DNA of 56,404 nucleotides, filler included, from Dugesia japonica (GCA_001938525.1; 3 parts of 3 records of this genome joined end to end with filler, not necessarily neighbours in it), one strand, 5' to 3'. Counted from the whole stretch's first letter, positions 1 through 14,000 are shown. Program-made: numbers and translations. The notes: a model not told the origin generated them from the sequence alone.

Positions 1-17
1 GACCTTGAATTATTTCA

Positions 18-82
18 ACCAATCAGAATCGAGTATACTAGATCAGTGACCAATCAGAATCAAGTATATTAGATCACTGACC
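18..82. repeat. 31-bp tandem repeat, 2 copies (ACCAATCAGAATC...GATCASTG), probably a TE terminal region
   Basis: accaatcagaatcgagtatactagatcagtg vs accaatcagaatcaagtatattagatcactg, 3 mismatches. Confidence 0.8.
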
Positions 83-479
83 TTTAAAAAATTTGACCTG
101 GGAGGGGGTTATCCAGTGCGCTACTATCTATCTACTAGTTAATCTGTTTACAAACGTTACTATAAATGAAACTATCAATATTTTTATTGATCACTGAGCA
201 AATAATTACGCAAATTTAAACTATAAATTTCATGAAATAGCTGTAAAGGAACTGTTGACATTTTACTGTAAAGATCTTAATCTTTTATTTAATAATAACT
301 GATTCGCTCAGAAAGATGGAAAGAGATAAATCATTAAAATGAAATGAAATAGTTTGATGATAATCGTTAGATGAGTTTTGAGAACTCATCGGATTATCAA
401 CATCAAAATTCCACGCCATATATAAAACATAATATTGGAGACATCATTAGTGCTTCTTTCATTCCATTAAAAACTTCTT

Positions 480-2480
480 CTAACTCGTTCGCTCATTCAA
501 TTTTCTTGTTACTTGGCCCACTACACAGTTGTTCTAGCAATCTAGCTGTTTTCGAATAATCTTTAATAAACTTGCGATAGTAATTGCAAATTCCTAAAAC
601 GCTTCTCATTCTCTTAACGCATTTTGGTTTACCAATGTTTTTAATTGCTTTTCCTTTAGTTGGATCGGTTTTAACACCATTTTTACTGATAACGTGTCCC
701 AAAAATTTGATCTTCTTTCGCATGAATTGACATTTCTCTGGATTAACACTTGGAACAGCTTTCTTAATTTCCGTCAATACTTTATTGTCTATCTCAGTGT
801 TGCTCCTTTGTCTTGGTAAAATATGAGAATATCATCTGGATAAACCATCGCTCCTTTTATTTTTCCGATCACTTTATTCATCATTTCCTGGAACGTACCT
901 GGTGCTGCTACAATTTCAAAAGGCATCATATTGAAACAAAATGTTCCTTGTTTGGTCGAAAAAGCCGTCTTTTCTTAAGAATCTTCACTGAGTTTCACTT
1001 GATAGTATGCATTTCCCAAGTCTTTTGAGCTAAAATACTGCGTACCTTCCAATAGTATCCAGCATTTCGTCAACATTTGGCATAGGAGAAGCTTGTCTTT
1101 TTGTTATTGCATTGAGCTTTCTAAATTCTAAGCATAATCGTATATCCTTTTTTTCCTTTTTCCAAGCGCAGATTAATGGTGTCTTCTATTGAGAATTACA
1201 CTTTCGGATGAAACCATTATCATACAGATTCTTGATGCCTCTTCAATCTTTTCTTTTAGATTCATTGGTTGACGATACGGTTTTATGTTGATTGGACCTT
1301 ATTTAGTGATTATTTGATGCTTCGTTAAGTGTGTACAACCAATGTTCCGTTTATCTGCCAGTCAATTTGTGCATAGCCTCTAACATCAATTGGTCAGCCC
1401 AAACTTGGCATGCTCATTGCACCCTCACTGCTGCCGACAACCTTCCAAGCTACTCTGAGCTCTTACACCTCAATGAAGCTCTAAAATTAGAGAACGCTGA
1501 TTTGACAGCTTCGAATCGACAACATCACCCAAGCGATAGTGAAGAAGAAGTCAGCTTTGATTGGGAAAAGTTGACTGATGCGCTTGGCGACTAAACTCGT
1601 TCTCTTAGTCAATTTCAAAACATTCTTCACTGTGATATCCATTTTGTTTTNNNNNNNNNNNNNNNNNNNNNNNNNNNNNNNNNNNNNNNNNNNNNNNNNN
1701 NNNNNNNNNNNNNNNNNNNNNNNNNNNNNNNNNNNNNNNNNNNNNNNNNNNNNNNNNNNNNNNNNNNNNNNNNNGAATCTCCATTGTATGTCTCAATCGT
1801 TCACCCGTTTGTATCTGCTCTCAAAATTTTCTCGATGATTATTAGTGTATGCTCTACATTATTTTTGAAGATGATACCCAAATTTATTCTGAAATTCCAC
1901 TCCACTAATTAAATCTGGTATTAATTTCTATACTATTATGAATGTTACTTCCTTGCACACTTCTGAAAATACAACTTCCACGCGTATCTTTCCAATTGTC
2001 TTCAATGAGCTGTTTTTCACGCAATGCAATTGTTCCTTGCTTTTATCTAAAATTGTTTCTCTGAATCTAGTAAATCGTTTCATACTTACTACATTTATTC
2101 TTGCTCCTGTATCTAACAAATAATTAAACTGTTCACCCTTGATCATCTCTGCAATGCTAGGTCTCCCTTGTATTTTATCATATGAAATTTCTACGTTCTG
2201 TTTCACTTCAATTGTTTCTATTACTTCTGCTTTTTTTAACTTCTGCATCATTAAAACTTCCTCTTTTTAGGAGTCTGTAAACGTTTTCCCCACCTTTGCT
2301 CATTTTACTCCATTTATTAGCCTCCTCAAGTTAATCAAACAGCATTTCGTTTAATGAATGGCTCCGACCAACTCCTCTACTGATAGAGATCTGCCTTTTG
2401 GGTATTCTCTTCTCGGATCTTCATTTTTTATTGTGCACCAAGAATAAATCTCTTCGTTTTCATCCCACCACTGCCAGCAT
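480..2480 (-). mobile_element. Decayed Ty3/Gypsy gag-pol fragment (gag knuckle, protease, RT), interrupted at 1361-1773
   Basis: YLLDTGARINV (aspartic protease, ORF 1928-2251); NIGCTH..KHQI..GPINIKPYRQP (RT N-terminus); PEKCQF..IKFLGHVIS.NGVKTDP..LGICNYYRKFIKDYSK (ORF 493-777); multiple stops and frameshifts. Confidence 0.9.
1361..1594 (+). CDS. Orphan ORF fragment (coiled-coil plus acidic tail ...SDSEEEVSFDWEKLTDALGD*) inserted antisense into Gypsy pol
   Basis: Gypsy frame (MADKRNIGC on minus) stops at ~1360; a higher-GC open frame follows to the stop at 1594; the first codons of the ORF-track call overlap Gypsy sequence. Confidence 0.45.
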   Translation, partial: VNLCIASNINWSAQTWHAHCTLTAADNLPSYSELLHLNEALKLENADLTASNRQHHPSDSEEEVSFDWEKLTDALGD

Positions 2481-2864
2481 GTTAGATGAGCTTTGAGAAC
2501 TCATCGGATTATCAACATCAAAATTCAACTCCAAAAAATTAAAAAAAACATAAAAACTATAACATAATTATTTGTTTATTCAAACAAATTAAAATTTCAT
2601 GCTCTAATTGAAAACTAATTTTTATTATATTTAAAACTTTAGATTTCATTCAAAACTCATTCAAAGATTTTTAAAAAAAATGATTTCAAAATCAAATGCC
2701 AATTTTTATATCAAACTTCCATTCAAAATTATTATTTTAACTTCTTAATTAATTTGGGATTTTTCATTTTTTCTTAAATAGATTTTAAAAGAAACAGTTT
2801 CCAATCAAAGCACAAAACTTTTAACTCGCTTTTCAAAGCATACTCACAATAATAAATTTAGATT

Positions 2865-3340
2865 AATTTTCACTTCAAAAAACCTCAAGTTATTTAAGAA
2901 ACAAATATACTACAACAAAAGGTTTTCTCGCTAACCTAGTTTATCAATTTAATTGTAACGGGTTTGATGTCACGTATATTGTAGAGACAAAACGTCATCT
3001 TCTCACACGTGTTAGCGAGCATGAGCAATTGAGTAGGAAAAGTTCGGTTTTAAATCATGCTTCTTGCTGCAAAATAAGCATTGGTGAGTTAACAGTTTTG
3101 AACAGCGGTTTCGATAACTATTTCGGAAGAATTGTGTATTAGGCTTTGAGAATTTGGTTGCATAATCCGATTCTTAATACTCAGATTGACACACATTCAC
3201 TTTTAAATATATTTTAATCTTATTGTATTGAATTGATTACGTAACAGGCTTTATTGGTCAGTATATAAACAATTTTCTTCTTATTTTACCACGGTAACTG
3301 ATGATGGATATGAATTTGTCTGAAACATGTCTTACTAATA
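2865..3340 (+). mobile_element. Penelope-like element 3' end (GIY-YIG endonuclease remnant plus pseudo-LTR)
   Basis: NLVYQFNCNGFDVTYIVETKRHLLTRVSEH...SSVLNH, matching the 9702-9962 copy; followed by a hammerhead motif. Confidence 0.85.
3293..3336 (+). ncRNA. Minimal type I hammerhead ribozyme of a Penelope-like element
   Basis: GGTAA-CTGATGA-TGGATA(tgaatt)TGTCT-GAAAC-AT-GTC-TTACT: full core CUGAUGA/GAAA/GUC, stem I GGUAA:UUACU, stem II GGAUA:UGUCU, palindromic ACAUGU stem III. Confidence 0.85.
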
Positions 3341-3612
3341 AAAATTGCGTTTTCTCATGATATATATATATATATATATTAACAAATATTAATGAGCCAG
3401 GGATCATTTAATATCATGAGCATCGAATAGTATAAATAATAATTTAAAAATTTGAACCAACAGAAATTGTCAAAATTGAGTTAAACAACATTTTAGTTTC
3501 TATTTCGGAAAAGCTTATAATATAATTCCTTAGTTGTAATTTTTAATAAATATGTGAGAAATTAATTGTTCTGATTTCGAAAACAAATTATTATTTGAAA
3601 AATTACCTAACA

Positions 3613-3625
3613 TGGTGGCAGCGGT
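3613..3625 (+). promoter_or_regulatory. Primer binding site (TGGTGGCAGCGGT, tRNA-Leu type) after an LTR-like ...AACA end
   Basis: Complementary to the 3' end of eukaryotic tRNA-Leu (…ACCGCUGCCACCA); a gag-like remnant follows. Confidence 0.7.
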
Positions 3626-3975
3626 AAATACAAATAGATTATTAACGAATGTGTTCTGCAGAGGAGATTATATTGAAAAATTTATCAAGCGGTGTGAATT
3701 ATATTTTAAGGCTCAAAACATAATCCAGATAAAACAACAGGAGAGATTAGTCTTTGGTTTGCTAGACAATGATTTGTTGAAGAATATTTGAAGACGTTGA
3801 AAAAGGTTCAAGGTTTTCAGGCTCATTTACGTTTGGCATTTGGGAAAGAGAAAGATATTATCAAAGACTTTCAACATTTGATTATCTACATGCGTTGAAA
3901 TGAAGAGATTCAAGTATATTTAAAGAGTTAGTGAAAAGATTATTAAATTACCTTTTATTAATGAGAAATCATTAA
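3626..3975 (+). pseudogene. Gypsy gag N-terminal remnant
   Basis: RGDYIEKFIKRCELYFKAQNI... directly after the PBS; stops and frameshifts. Confidence 0.55.
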
Positions 3976-5052
3976 TTAAGCCGAATCATTCAAAATATAA
4001 TAAAAAATTTTAAACTCAAACACAATCCAAGAATTATATTCAAAACGCAAGCATCCAATTACAGAAACTAAGGCAACAATTTTGTGCTCCCAAATGCATT
4101 TGTGATGATAAAAATATATGCAATAAGAAAAATCTAACATAAAATAACATGAATCATTTATCAAGAAAACAAATATAGGTGAAAAATGCAGAATTATGGA
4201 ATTAAGGAACATCTGAAACTGAAAGAAAGTGAAATCTTCAAACACTTTCAACACAAGCATAAACTTTCACAAGAACAACATCACATAACATGGAAACCAT
4301 TTGACACAGGCTACATTTCAACACTTCATTGAAAAAAAACATGAAGAATTACTAATTAAAGAAGATAATCCTAAAATCAATCCAATTTATAAAATTTAAA
4401 TAAAACAAATCAAAATTAAAATTTAGTAAAAACAAATTAATTCAAAGAAAATTACTATTGTTAAAATAAATATTGAATAAATCAAAAAAGTCAATTCCTG
4501 AGGAAGAAATTAGAATTATTATTAAAAACCAAAAACAAAATTTGATCGAATCTTTTATTTTAACGAATTCTGAAAAGCGATCAATGATTACGTCCAACAA
4601 TTATTCTCGCAATAATTGTAATTGATAATTTTTAGTTTATAATTTCCGTTGATTCTGTATTGCGTGAAAAAATAAGTTTTTTTCAATAATATTAATTTGA
4701 ATAGAATATTTACATTTTCACTAATTATGTCACGTTCTAAATGAGAAAGAAAATGATGAATTGAGATTACACATAATCATGCTGATCGAATAAGAAATGT
4801 ATTAAATTTATTCAAAAATAAATAATTGAAATCTATTTTTTAACACATTCAATCATTATTAGTTTTGATTTGAAAGTTCTGGAACCGAAAGAATCGCAAA
4901 TATAATTTTATAAAAATTCGTAATTCGTAAAAATTTAATTGAAACCTTTATTCGATCAATTTGATTATTTTGCTTATTTTTGAAATTTTAATATCATATT
5001 TATAATATGTTGATAATAATATTAATTTTTTTAATATTTTTTGTTTTCAAAG

Positions 5053-5073
5053 GTCATACAACAAATATACCTT
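5053..5073 (+). CDS. Micro-exon, 21 nt, phase 1 (xHTTNIP)
   Basis: ttttcaaAG|...|GTaaag; 50-nt intron to the next exon. Confidence 0.55.
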
Positions 5074-8000
5074 GTAAAGTTTTCAATTAATCCAAAATCT
5101 ATTTTATAATTGAATTACTGTAGATAATGATGGCGACAAAGCATATTTTGGACCTGGTAATTACATTTTATATCGCATTTTTATTTAGAAAAGTATATTT
5201 TTTTGTTTTCGTATACTACTGAATAATATTTTTTAAAATATTTTACATAAACATATTTTTAGAATATTTCAAGTTAATTCTTAAAGAAGAAAATTGTCGA
5301 AGCGTCAAATTACTAAAATCAACTAAAAAACAACATTTTGATCGAAGCTTTTTAATTTATTGAAACTTTAAAATCCTACAATTCTCGCAATTATTGTAGT
5401 TGTAAAATTTTACATAAGACTGAACAATTAATTTGAAGTTTGACACCATATCTAAGCTGTCAGTGGACATATATATGAAATCAAATATACATCTTCAAGC
5501 GTGAATTTTTAGCAATTAAAAATCGAAAATTCAAATCAATAAATAATCAAAATCCAGAGATATGACATTTTTTACATGTGAATAAATTTTTTCATGTTGA
5601 AAAGTTAACATTGAACAAAAAGTTGTTATCAAATTTAATGCCAAACTGGGAAAAAGTGAATCTGAAACATTCCAATTGATGCATCTGGTTTACAGTCATC
5701 TTTGTTTAAGCCGGTCAAATGTCTTTTAGTGAAACATGCATTTCTTGGAAGGTAGAGATTCATTGGAAGACGATAAACGTACGGAAAATTCGATTTCTTA
5801 TCGATTACAGGAAATTATAGAAAGAGTTTCTAAGTTCATGACAAACAATCGTTGTGCCTCATAGAGAATGATGNAAAAGGCTTAGATGGTAAACACATAA
5901 ACAATCCGAGCAGTGTTACACGAAAATTTGAAAAAATTTAAAATCTGTTCAAAATTTGTTCCGCGCTCCTTAATCAACGAACAAAATTTTAGTAGAACTG
6001 CACATTGCAAAAACATTAGTTAAGCTACTAAAAATGACAAACATTTTCTGAAACTAATTGTAACACGTGATGAAACACAATGCTTTCAATAAGACCCAAA
6101 AACTAAAAAGCAAAGTCCTGAATGAAAAACAAAGAACTCGTCTCAAACCAAGAAAATTTCCATCAAAAATCAAAACAATACTCATCGTTTTCTTCTAATA
6201 GTAGAGGTCTTATCCACAAAATATTTGCACCACCTTGATAAGCAATTAAAGTAAAGATGAAATAATTAATGACGTACTCACAAAGAAGGTGATAAATACA
6301 AAGTTGATAGAAACGTTGACAACACATTCTGATATTAAGATCACGGAAATGAGATCCCTAGAAAAGATAATGGAAGATAGAACACAGGCAATGAAGCCAA
6401 AACCGATAGTATCAATGAAATATTTGGCAATATGTTATTTTAATAGACAGAGAGGATTTCCAGAACTTCATAAAGAGAAACTCCAATAGGGACAATGTTA
6501 TTGCTCCGGAGAACATTGACATAAACGATACCATATAAAACAAATGTTTTATTGGTTTCAAATCTGGCCATAATTTTAGATCATGTTTGATTTTACAGGG
6601 TTCGTCTAGTAGAAAGAACACTAAAATTTTGTATATTCAAGACTAATTTGATGATTCAAAAGAAGACGAGGAGAGCGTGACAGGTCATGATGTAGTAATG
6701 GGAAAAACCAGAACGACTCAATTGCTTACATTTCGTTGATGGAATCAGTATAGAAAAAGGTAAAATAAATCGAAATGATGACGAAAGAGGAGAGATGTTT
6801 GTAAAAGAAGATGGGCGAGAGTAGAGTAGAGTAGATGTTAATGGAGTAAAGTTAGAGATTCAGAAGCTTTGGCGACAGTCATGAGTGAAAACTATGGGAT
6901 TAAAATTGGAAAACCGTTGCTGTCGATGTGCAATATCAGATTAATTGGAGCATTTAATAAGGTCGGAGAAAAACTTTTGGGTATAGCAGAATTAAGTATA
7001 CAGTGGAACAAGAAATTCAGGAAAATTAAAGTCATTATAGTTAGACAGATTAATACAATGGTATTAATACAATGCAAAGTTTTGGAGTAAAATTAACAGA
7101 AATAAATAACATTGAAAATGAGAGTCTGAAGATAACACTTTCTGATGAAGGTAGAGAAAATAACGCGTAGATATTGTTTAAAGGAATAGGTAACAGAAAA
7201 ATGGTTTCGTTGATCCAGAATTTTGGTGAGATATTCATGGCTTCAAAGTTCAATATTAGGCATAAGAAAAAAGTAATACATTAAATAAAAGTTATAGAAG
7301 AGCCAATGGTAAGGCACCCTAGAAGACAGTTGATGCGTTTAAAAGCAAAGTTGAGTAATGATTAAAGAATTAGCAAAGATTGGTGTGATCAGCAAATGTA
7401 ATAGTCCTTGGAATTCTCCATTAGTGATTGTGGGTAAAAAGGACGGCTCGATATGAATGTGCGTGGATTACAGACAAGGGAATTTGAGGATAGAAAAAGT
7501 CTGTTTTTCAATGCCAGATATTCAGTTATTATTAGATTGTTTATCTGGCTCGAAATTATTTTCATCGATTAATCTGAGACAAGCTTATTACTAAGTGGAG
7601 TTAGCGGGAAAGTCAAGTGATGTCACTGTTTTCAGTACAAAGGAAGGTTGATTCAGATTTAACCGAATGCCTTTTGGATTAGCTACCGTACCGGCTAGTT
7701 TTCCAAAGTTAATGCACGAGTTATTGTATATCTGGAGGATNTTCTGGTGTACGGAAAAACATTGGAGGATAACGACAGTCTTTAACAGGATCAGAAGATC
7801 GGGATTAAGAATAAGCCCGGAGAAATGTAGGTTTTATCAAAAAGAAGTGTTATTCTTGGGACATACAGTTAGTGCAACGTATATACGCACTAATGAAGTT
7901 AATATCCAGGAGATTACGAATGCTATAGTACCAAAATGTTCTTCAGAGCTCCATTAGTTTCTCTGAATAGCATACTATTACAGGCGTTTCATAGAAGATT

Positions 8001-11000
8001 ATGCAAAGATATCAGGTGATTTATATGAAGCAACTTCAAGTGGCAACAAATCGTTAGTTTGGACAGAAGCATGTCAGAGTAGTTTCAATGCGTTAAAAGA
8101 CAAGTTATGTAGTGCTTCAGTATTAGAATATTTCAGGGAGAATCCGATGTTTATTTTAGACACTGGCGCTAGTTTTGGGGCTGTCGGTGCAGTCCTTAGT
8201 CAATGTGGAGAGTCAAAGGAAGTGATAATAACGTATGGATCCAGACATTTGACAGTTCATGAAAGAGGATGCTGTATGACAAGGTAAGAACTATTAGCTA
8301 TACACGAATTTGTACAAAAATTCAAACAATATCTGTATGAAAATATATTTTTAGTAGGAACGGACCACAAAATGTTGGTGTTTCTGAACAAGACAAATAA
8401 ACCAATCAGTCCACAATTCCAGATATGGATGGCGAATCAGGGAGACTATGATTTTGAACTCAAGTATAGAAAAGGCGAAGAACACAACAATGCAGATGGG
8501 TTGTCGAGGCTAACGGAGAGTTTGTGTTCACAATGTAGCATGAAATATATAAATGCAAAAGAAGAAAAAGCCAGAGTGAAACATATCAATGGAATTCAAC
8601 ATGAGACCAATAGAATATCAACGATTTGACCGGCTCAGACAAAAGAATCAGCAATGTTGCAAGAAGAAGCTTTAAAAACTAAAAATAGTGAACAAGGAAG
8701 CTACTGGAATAAACTAAAGCACGAATTGAAAATAATCGATGATTTTATAGTAGTAGAAAGAGAAAAAAATTTTGTTAAGAATTTCGACAAGCATAGTTGA
8801 TAAAATGATAAAAAAAATTCATGAAGGTTTAAATCATGTGGGAAGGAAAAGTTATTTTCATACGTACTAGATGGATATTTCTGATCAGGGATGCGCGAGA
8901 CAATTAATGAAAGTATTGATAAATGCGAGATGTGTGCCAAAAGGAAAGTAGTACAAAGTCGTACAAAAGAAACACTTATACCGTGGAAAAGCCAAAGTTT
9001 TTGAGAACAAATCTTGGTGGGCATAGTTCATATAGAACAGTGCAAGTCTGGAAAGAAATATATAGTGTTAATTATTTATCGTTTTAGCAAGCTACTCAGC
9101 TTATTTGCAGTTTCAAAAATGGATGAAGAGACGGTTTTTATGATAATTTTGAGTAAACTAAAATCCATTCTGACTGACAGAAGAAAATTGTTTGAAAGTC
9201 AAATGATTGCAAATAAACTAGGAAAATTTAGAATTGTACAAGAATTTAGTTCCCCGTATCTACACCAGTCAAATAACGGATAATTCTAACAGTGAGGGAC
9301 ATGATTACTATATCAATAAAAGGGAAATGTAATGGGAAATATTGGGAGACATTATTACTGAGAGTAGAATTTAGCATTAATGCTACAATAAGAGTCAACA
9401 AAATTCTCTCCTTTCAAAATCGTATTTGGTTGAAAGATAAATCGGCATAATAAAGCGGAAACGCTCTTAAAAGAAAGGATAGACAGAGAAGAGATTATGC
9501 GACAAAAAATGGAAAATTTCGAGAAAGATAATCGAGGGCAAAGATAGTTTAAATAGGGAGAGTGGGTATGAGTCAGAGTAAAACCACACAAACAAAAGAA
9601 AAACGGTTTGCTGTATAATGGACTATACCAGATAAAATACAATATCTATAAAAGAAATTTTGAAAATAAATTAAGATTTCTAAAGAAATTGAAAAATTAC
9701 TTTATATACAAAAGACTTTGCAATTACTTTTATTTTTATGTTTATGCTCAGCAATATTACTACCACCACCAAAATGATTATGTTCTTGAACCCTTGTACA
9801 GAGATGACGGGCAGTCTCTCCAATGTATGTGGCATCACACCCATTACATTTAAATTGATAAACAAGGTTAGAACACAAACCAATTGGTGTATGGGATTTA
9901 TTAACAAAGCTATTAACAATCTTATGTGAAGAAGAGACAATTTTCAATAAAGGAAGATGCATTAGCAGCTTTCAGAATCGAATTCTTAAACTTTTTAAAA
10001 CCTTCAGAATAAGGAATCGATAAAACAAATGACCCCATACAATTTGATAAAATGTTATCAGATTCCGAATTATTCAATACAGTTTAAGTATTTTCATCGA
10101 AATGAATATTATTACCAACCAATGTTTTGTCAATTGTCTGCGAAGTTAATGAATTTAGAAATTGTTTATTAAATTCATTTGATTGCAGTAACTTTAATAA
10201 ATGTTCAATGCTTTAATGGATTTTGAATAAGTTGAGGACAACGACAAAGAACGAAATACTAAACCCTTTATCGTGTTCCTTTTATAAACAGGATCACAAA
10301 ACCTATTTGGGGTAGCATAAAAGCCAGTATCACTTTTCTTTCTGTATATTTCAGTTTCACAATGTGTTGATTTCCTTTCTATTAAAATATCCATAAAAAG
10401 CAAAATATCATTTCTTTCCTCGTCTACAGTAAATCTAATATTAGGATGTAACGAATTCAAAAAACTCTGGAAAGGCAAAACATATTCACGATTACCAAAA
10501 ATAAGGAAAACTTGGTCAACATATCTTTTGTAAGTAAGAGGCTTATTCAAAGAATACAAGTTCATTTGTTCTTCAAGCTTATTCAAGAAAATTGACGCTA
10601 ATGTCGGAGTCAAAGGAGAATCCATAGCCACTCCATCAATCTATTTATACCATTCATTGTTAAACAGAAACGAAAAATTAGCCGTTGCAAAAGTCAACAA
10701 TTCACGAAAAGCCGCTTTATTCAATTCAGAATGATCACTCGCATTATTCTCCCATAAATCACAACAAAGATCTATTGTTAGAAAAGATCTATAGTGAATA
10801 AGCTAAAAACATCAAAAGACACCATAACTTGACACCATAACTTAGACACCATAAACATTCTTTGATCACAAGTGGCTTGCGTTCATAAAATACCTAGAAA
10901 ATATACTAATTAATGTAATTGCATTTATTATAACATAAACAAATCCAGAAATGAAGGGTATTAAAATTTAAAGAAAATTTATATTGCAAATATCAATGAA

Positions 11001-14000
11001 ATTTCGTTGTGTCTGTTGTAAATGTTTTTGACTTTTCACGTCATTCAGTTCGCAGACAAATTAAAAATGAAAATAACTAAAAGATAATAAAAAGAGACAA
11101 TATTATTAAGATTTAATCAAAATAATGAAATGTTATGTTTCTAAATTTAGAATTCATACAAAAATAAATTATATTCAGGCTTTATTATTTCTTTCAATAC
11201 TTAGGAAAAGCGTATGAGTTGTTTCTTTTTTCAATTTATTAAAAAAATTACGCAATATAAATCTTTTATAAACATTACAACATTAATATATTTAGAATAC
11301 ACAATGTTTCGTTTTTTAATGTATAAATTCCATTTAGATATTTTACGAATGAGATTGATAAATAATAACGAAATTACTAAATTTACTATTTATTTTATTA
11401 AATGCAAAAAATTAATTGATTATTTATTAATTAATTATTTAAAAATATACATTTTTAAAATTTTGATTGTTGCACTGTTATTTAAAAAATAATTATAACT
11501 TATTTTAATAATTTTCTTTAATATAATAAAACTATTTCTAAAAAGCTTTCTTTTAATTACACATAATCTGTGTTTGGGTGTGTTTGAAAATTATACTTTT
11601 GATAAAACTAATGAGATAATATTAGTGTTTGATCAAATATGTGTACTGTTTAGAGCATAATTGTCCAAATCTTCAATCTTTTTTTAATTTTATGAACTTA
11701 TTCAAGGAGCACATGATCTCTTTTAGTTGTTTTCAATTGCAAATTTACTAATGAATGTTAAAGAAATGATTTCCAATTTAATAAATTAATGTAATTTAAA
11801 GAAATATTGGTAATAATTTTTTTTAATAAAAACCCAAAATAAATATTTAAACTGCTTGAAAGATCATAGTGCTTTGCGTGCGCATGATTTGGAGGAGGTT
11901 TTATTGCGCCCTCGAGCTTAAAAAGGCAGAACATCCCTGGTATAGAGCAATCGAATATTTATTAATAATATTGTTAGAGTTGTTCATTTTTATAAAAAAA
12001 GGAAATAAATAAAATTAATTAATTAATCAAGGACTGTAAACATCCTTGTTAAACTTATTGATTAACCCGCATAGTTAAACTATACTAGGTTTGGAGAACA
12101 TATCAAAGAATGGTTCAATAATTGAAAATTATCTTTAGAAAAAAAGAAACTAAATTAAAAAGATAAGCTGTGAATAATAAAATGAGAACCGAAATTATCC
12201 ATATCAAGCCACTCGAAAGGCTAAATTTGCAGGATTTTAAATTGATTATTTGTTCAACAGAACGCATTAAAATATCTCTGAAGTCATTAAAACCGGTATA
12301 TAAATGAAAACTAAACTGAAATTATGTTAGAGCAATTGTTCAAGAAATAAAATTCTTCTTCAAAATTTAAAAGTTACAAAAATAAATGAGTTTTTTTAAA
12401 AATATATTTGTAAATTATTTTAAGAAACTAACTTAGTACCTTCACATTAAAATAGTTAGGATTTAATTTAAGAATAAATATTTTATGTCTAATGGATAGT
12501 TTTGTATTAATTTATTATTCAGAAACAACCANNNNNNNNNNNNNNNNNNNNNNNNNNNNNNNNNNNNNNNNNNNNNNNNNNAATTTAAGAATAAATATTT
12601 TATGTCTAATGGATAGTTTTGTATTAATTTATTATTCAGAAACAACCAACATGTCCCAAAAAGTATTCAAAGAGTTCAGTACCGACGCACGAGTAGACGA
12701 AAATTCTGTGTGTGGCTTTATTTTCTGCGTGATAAAGAAAATCAACTTGCAAAGTGTAAGAAATGCGACAAAGAAATAAAATCACAAGGTGGCAGTACCA
12801 GTGGACTTCATACACATGTAAGAACAAACCATGAAATCGACTTGCTAAAGAGAAAATCGCCCCAAGACGCAACATCTTCATCGGTTTCGTTGCGATCGAC
12901 AAAATATCCCAAATCTTTGATCCCCGGTTTCTTCAAAAATCAACATGACAAGTTGTTGCCCGTAGTTTTATCTAGATTGACTGCCCTTGACGGACTGCCA
13001 TTTAGCATATTTGTTAAATCAATGAACTAAAAACAACACTAAAAGCTTGGGGGTTTGTTGTTCCGAAATAGGCGACGACAATTTGAAATTTGGTAGTCAA
13101 ATACGCAAACACAATCAGAGAGACGGTCATATCGAAGTTCATTCGTCTCCGATCGCAAGGAATGCGATTCAGTTTGACATTAAATGAGTAAATGTCAATT
13201 AAAAATCGTAGATATTTAAATGTCAACGTTCACATTGAGGACGAATTTTGGAGCCTTGGATTAGCTAGAGTTGTTGGTTGACTGTGTGCATAAAGTTAGT
13301 TCAAAAGATGTTGATGCAGTTTATGCTGAATTACGATTACGAATTGTGCATTACTACTGACGGAGCTTCTGTAATGCAAAAAGTGGGACGTTTAAGCAAT
13401 TGTGATCAACAGCTTTGCATTGTTCATAGCATTCAACTTGGTGTGCAAGACGTTTTTTACAAAAAACCGTCAACTTCTGCCAAAAAAGCTTGAAAAGAAT
13501 TTCCAATGACGAGAATAACAGTGAAATTGACGATGACGATGACAAAAATACGACCACTGACAATGACGCAAACATAAAAAATGATGATCAAGAAGACTTT
13601 TTCGGCGGGTTTCAAGTTGTGATGAGTGAGAAGGACAACACTATTGAACTGACTGATGATTTGCAGCCGATAATTGCTAAGGTGCGCAAAGTTGTAAAAT
13701 TGTTTCGCCGTTCTCCGACAAAAAATGATAAAACACTCCAAACATACACAGTAGACGAATTTGGTAAATCCTTTCCATTAATACTCGACTCCAAAACTCG
13801 TTGGAGTAACTTGCACACAATGTTGGAACGTTTCATGAAATTGAAAAATTGCATTCGCAAGTCATTGATTGGCCTTGAGTTCAAAATTGAGATAACTGAT
13901 AAGGAGTTCGACACAATTTCACCTGTTGTATCATGTCTCGCGCCAGTAAAATTGGCCGCGGAAACATTGTGCCGAAATGATGCGACATTGTTGTCAGCCG

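Noticed and set aside
18-82. 31-bp repeat as a possible CRISPR array
   Set aside because: Only two adjacent copies, no spacers, eukaryotic context
120-140. CTAG-T as a possible Helitron 3' end
   Set aside because: No convincing subterminal hairpin
11179-11211. 33-nt AG/GT segment (ALLFLSILRKS in phase 0)
   Set aside because: Has a stop in phase 1, so it is incompatible with the flanking micro-exons; no other support
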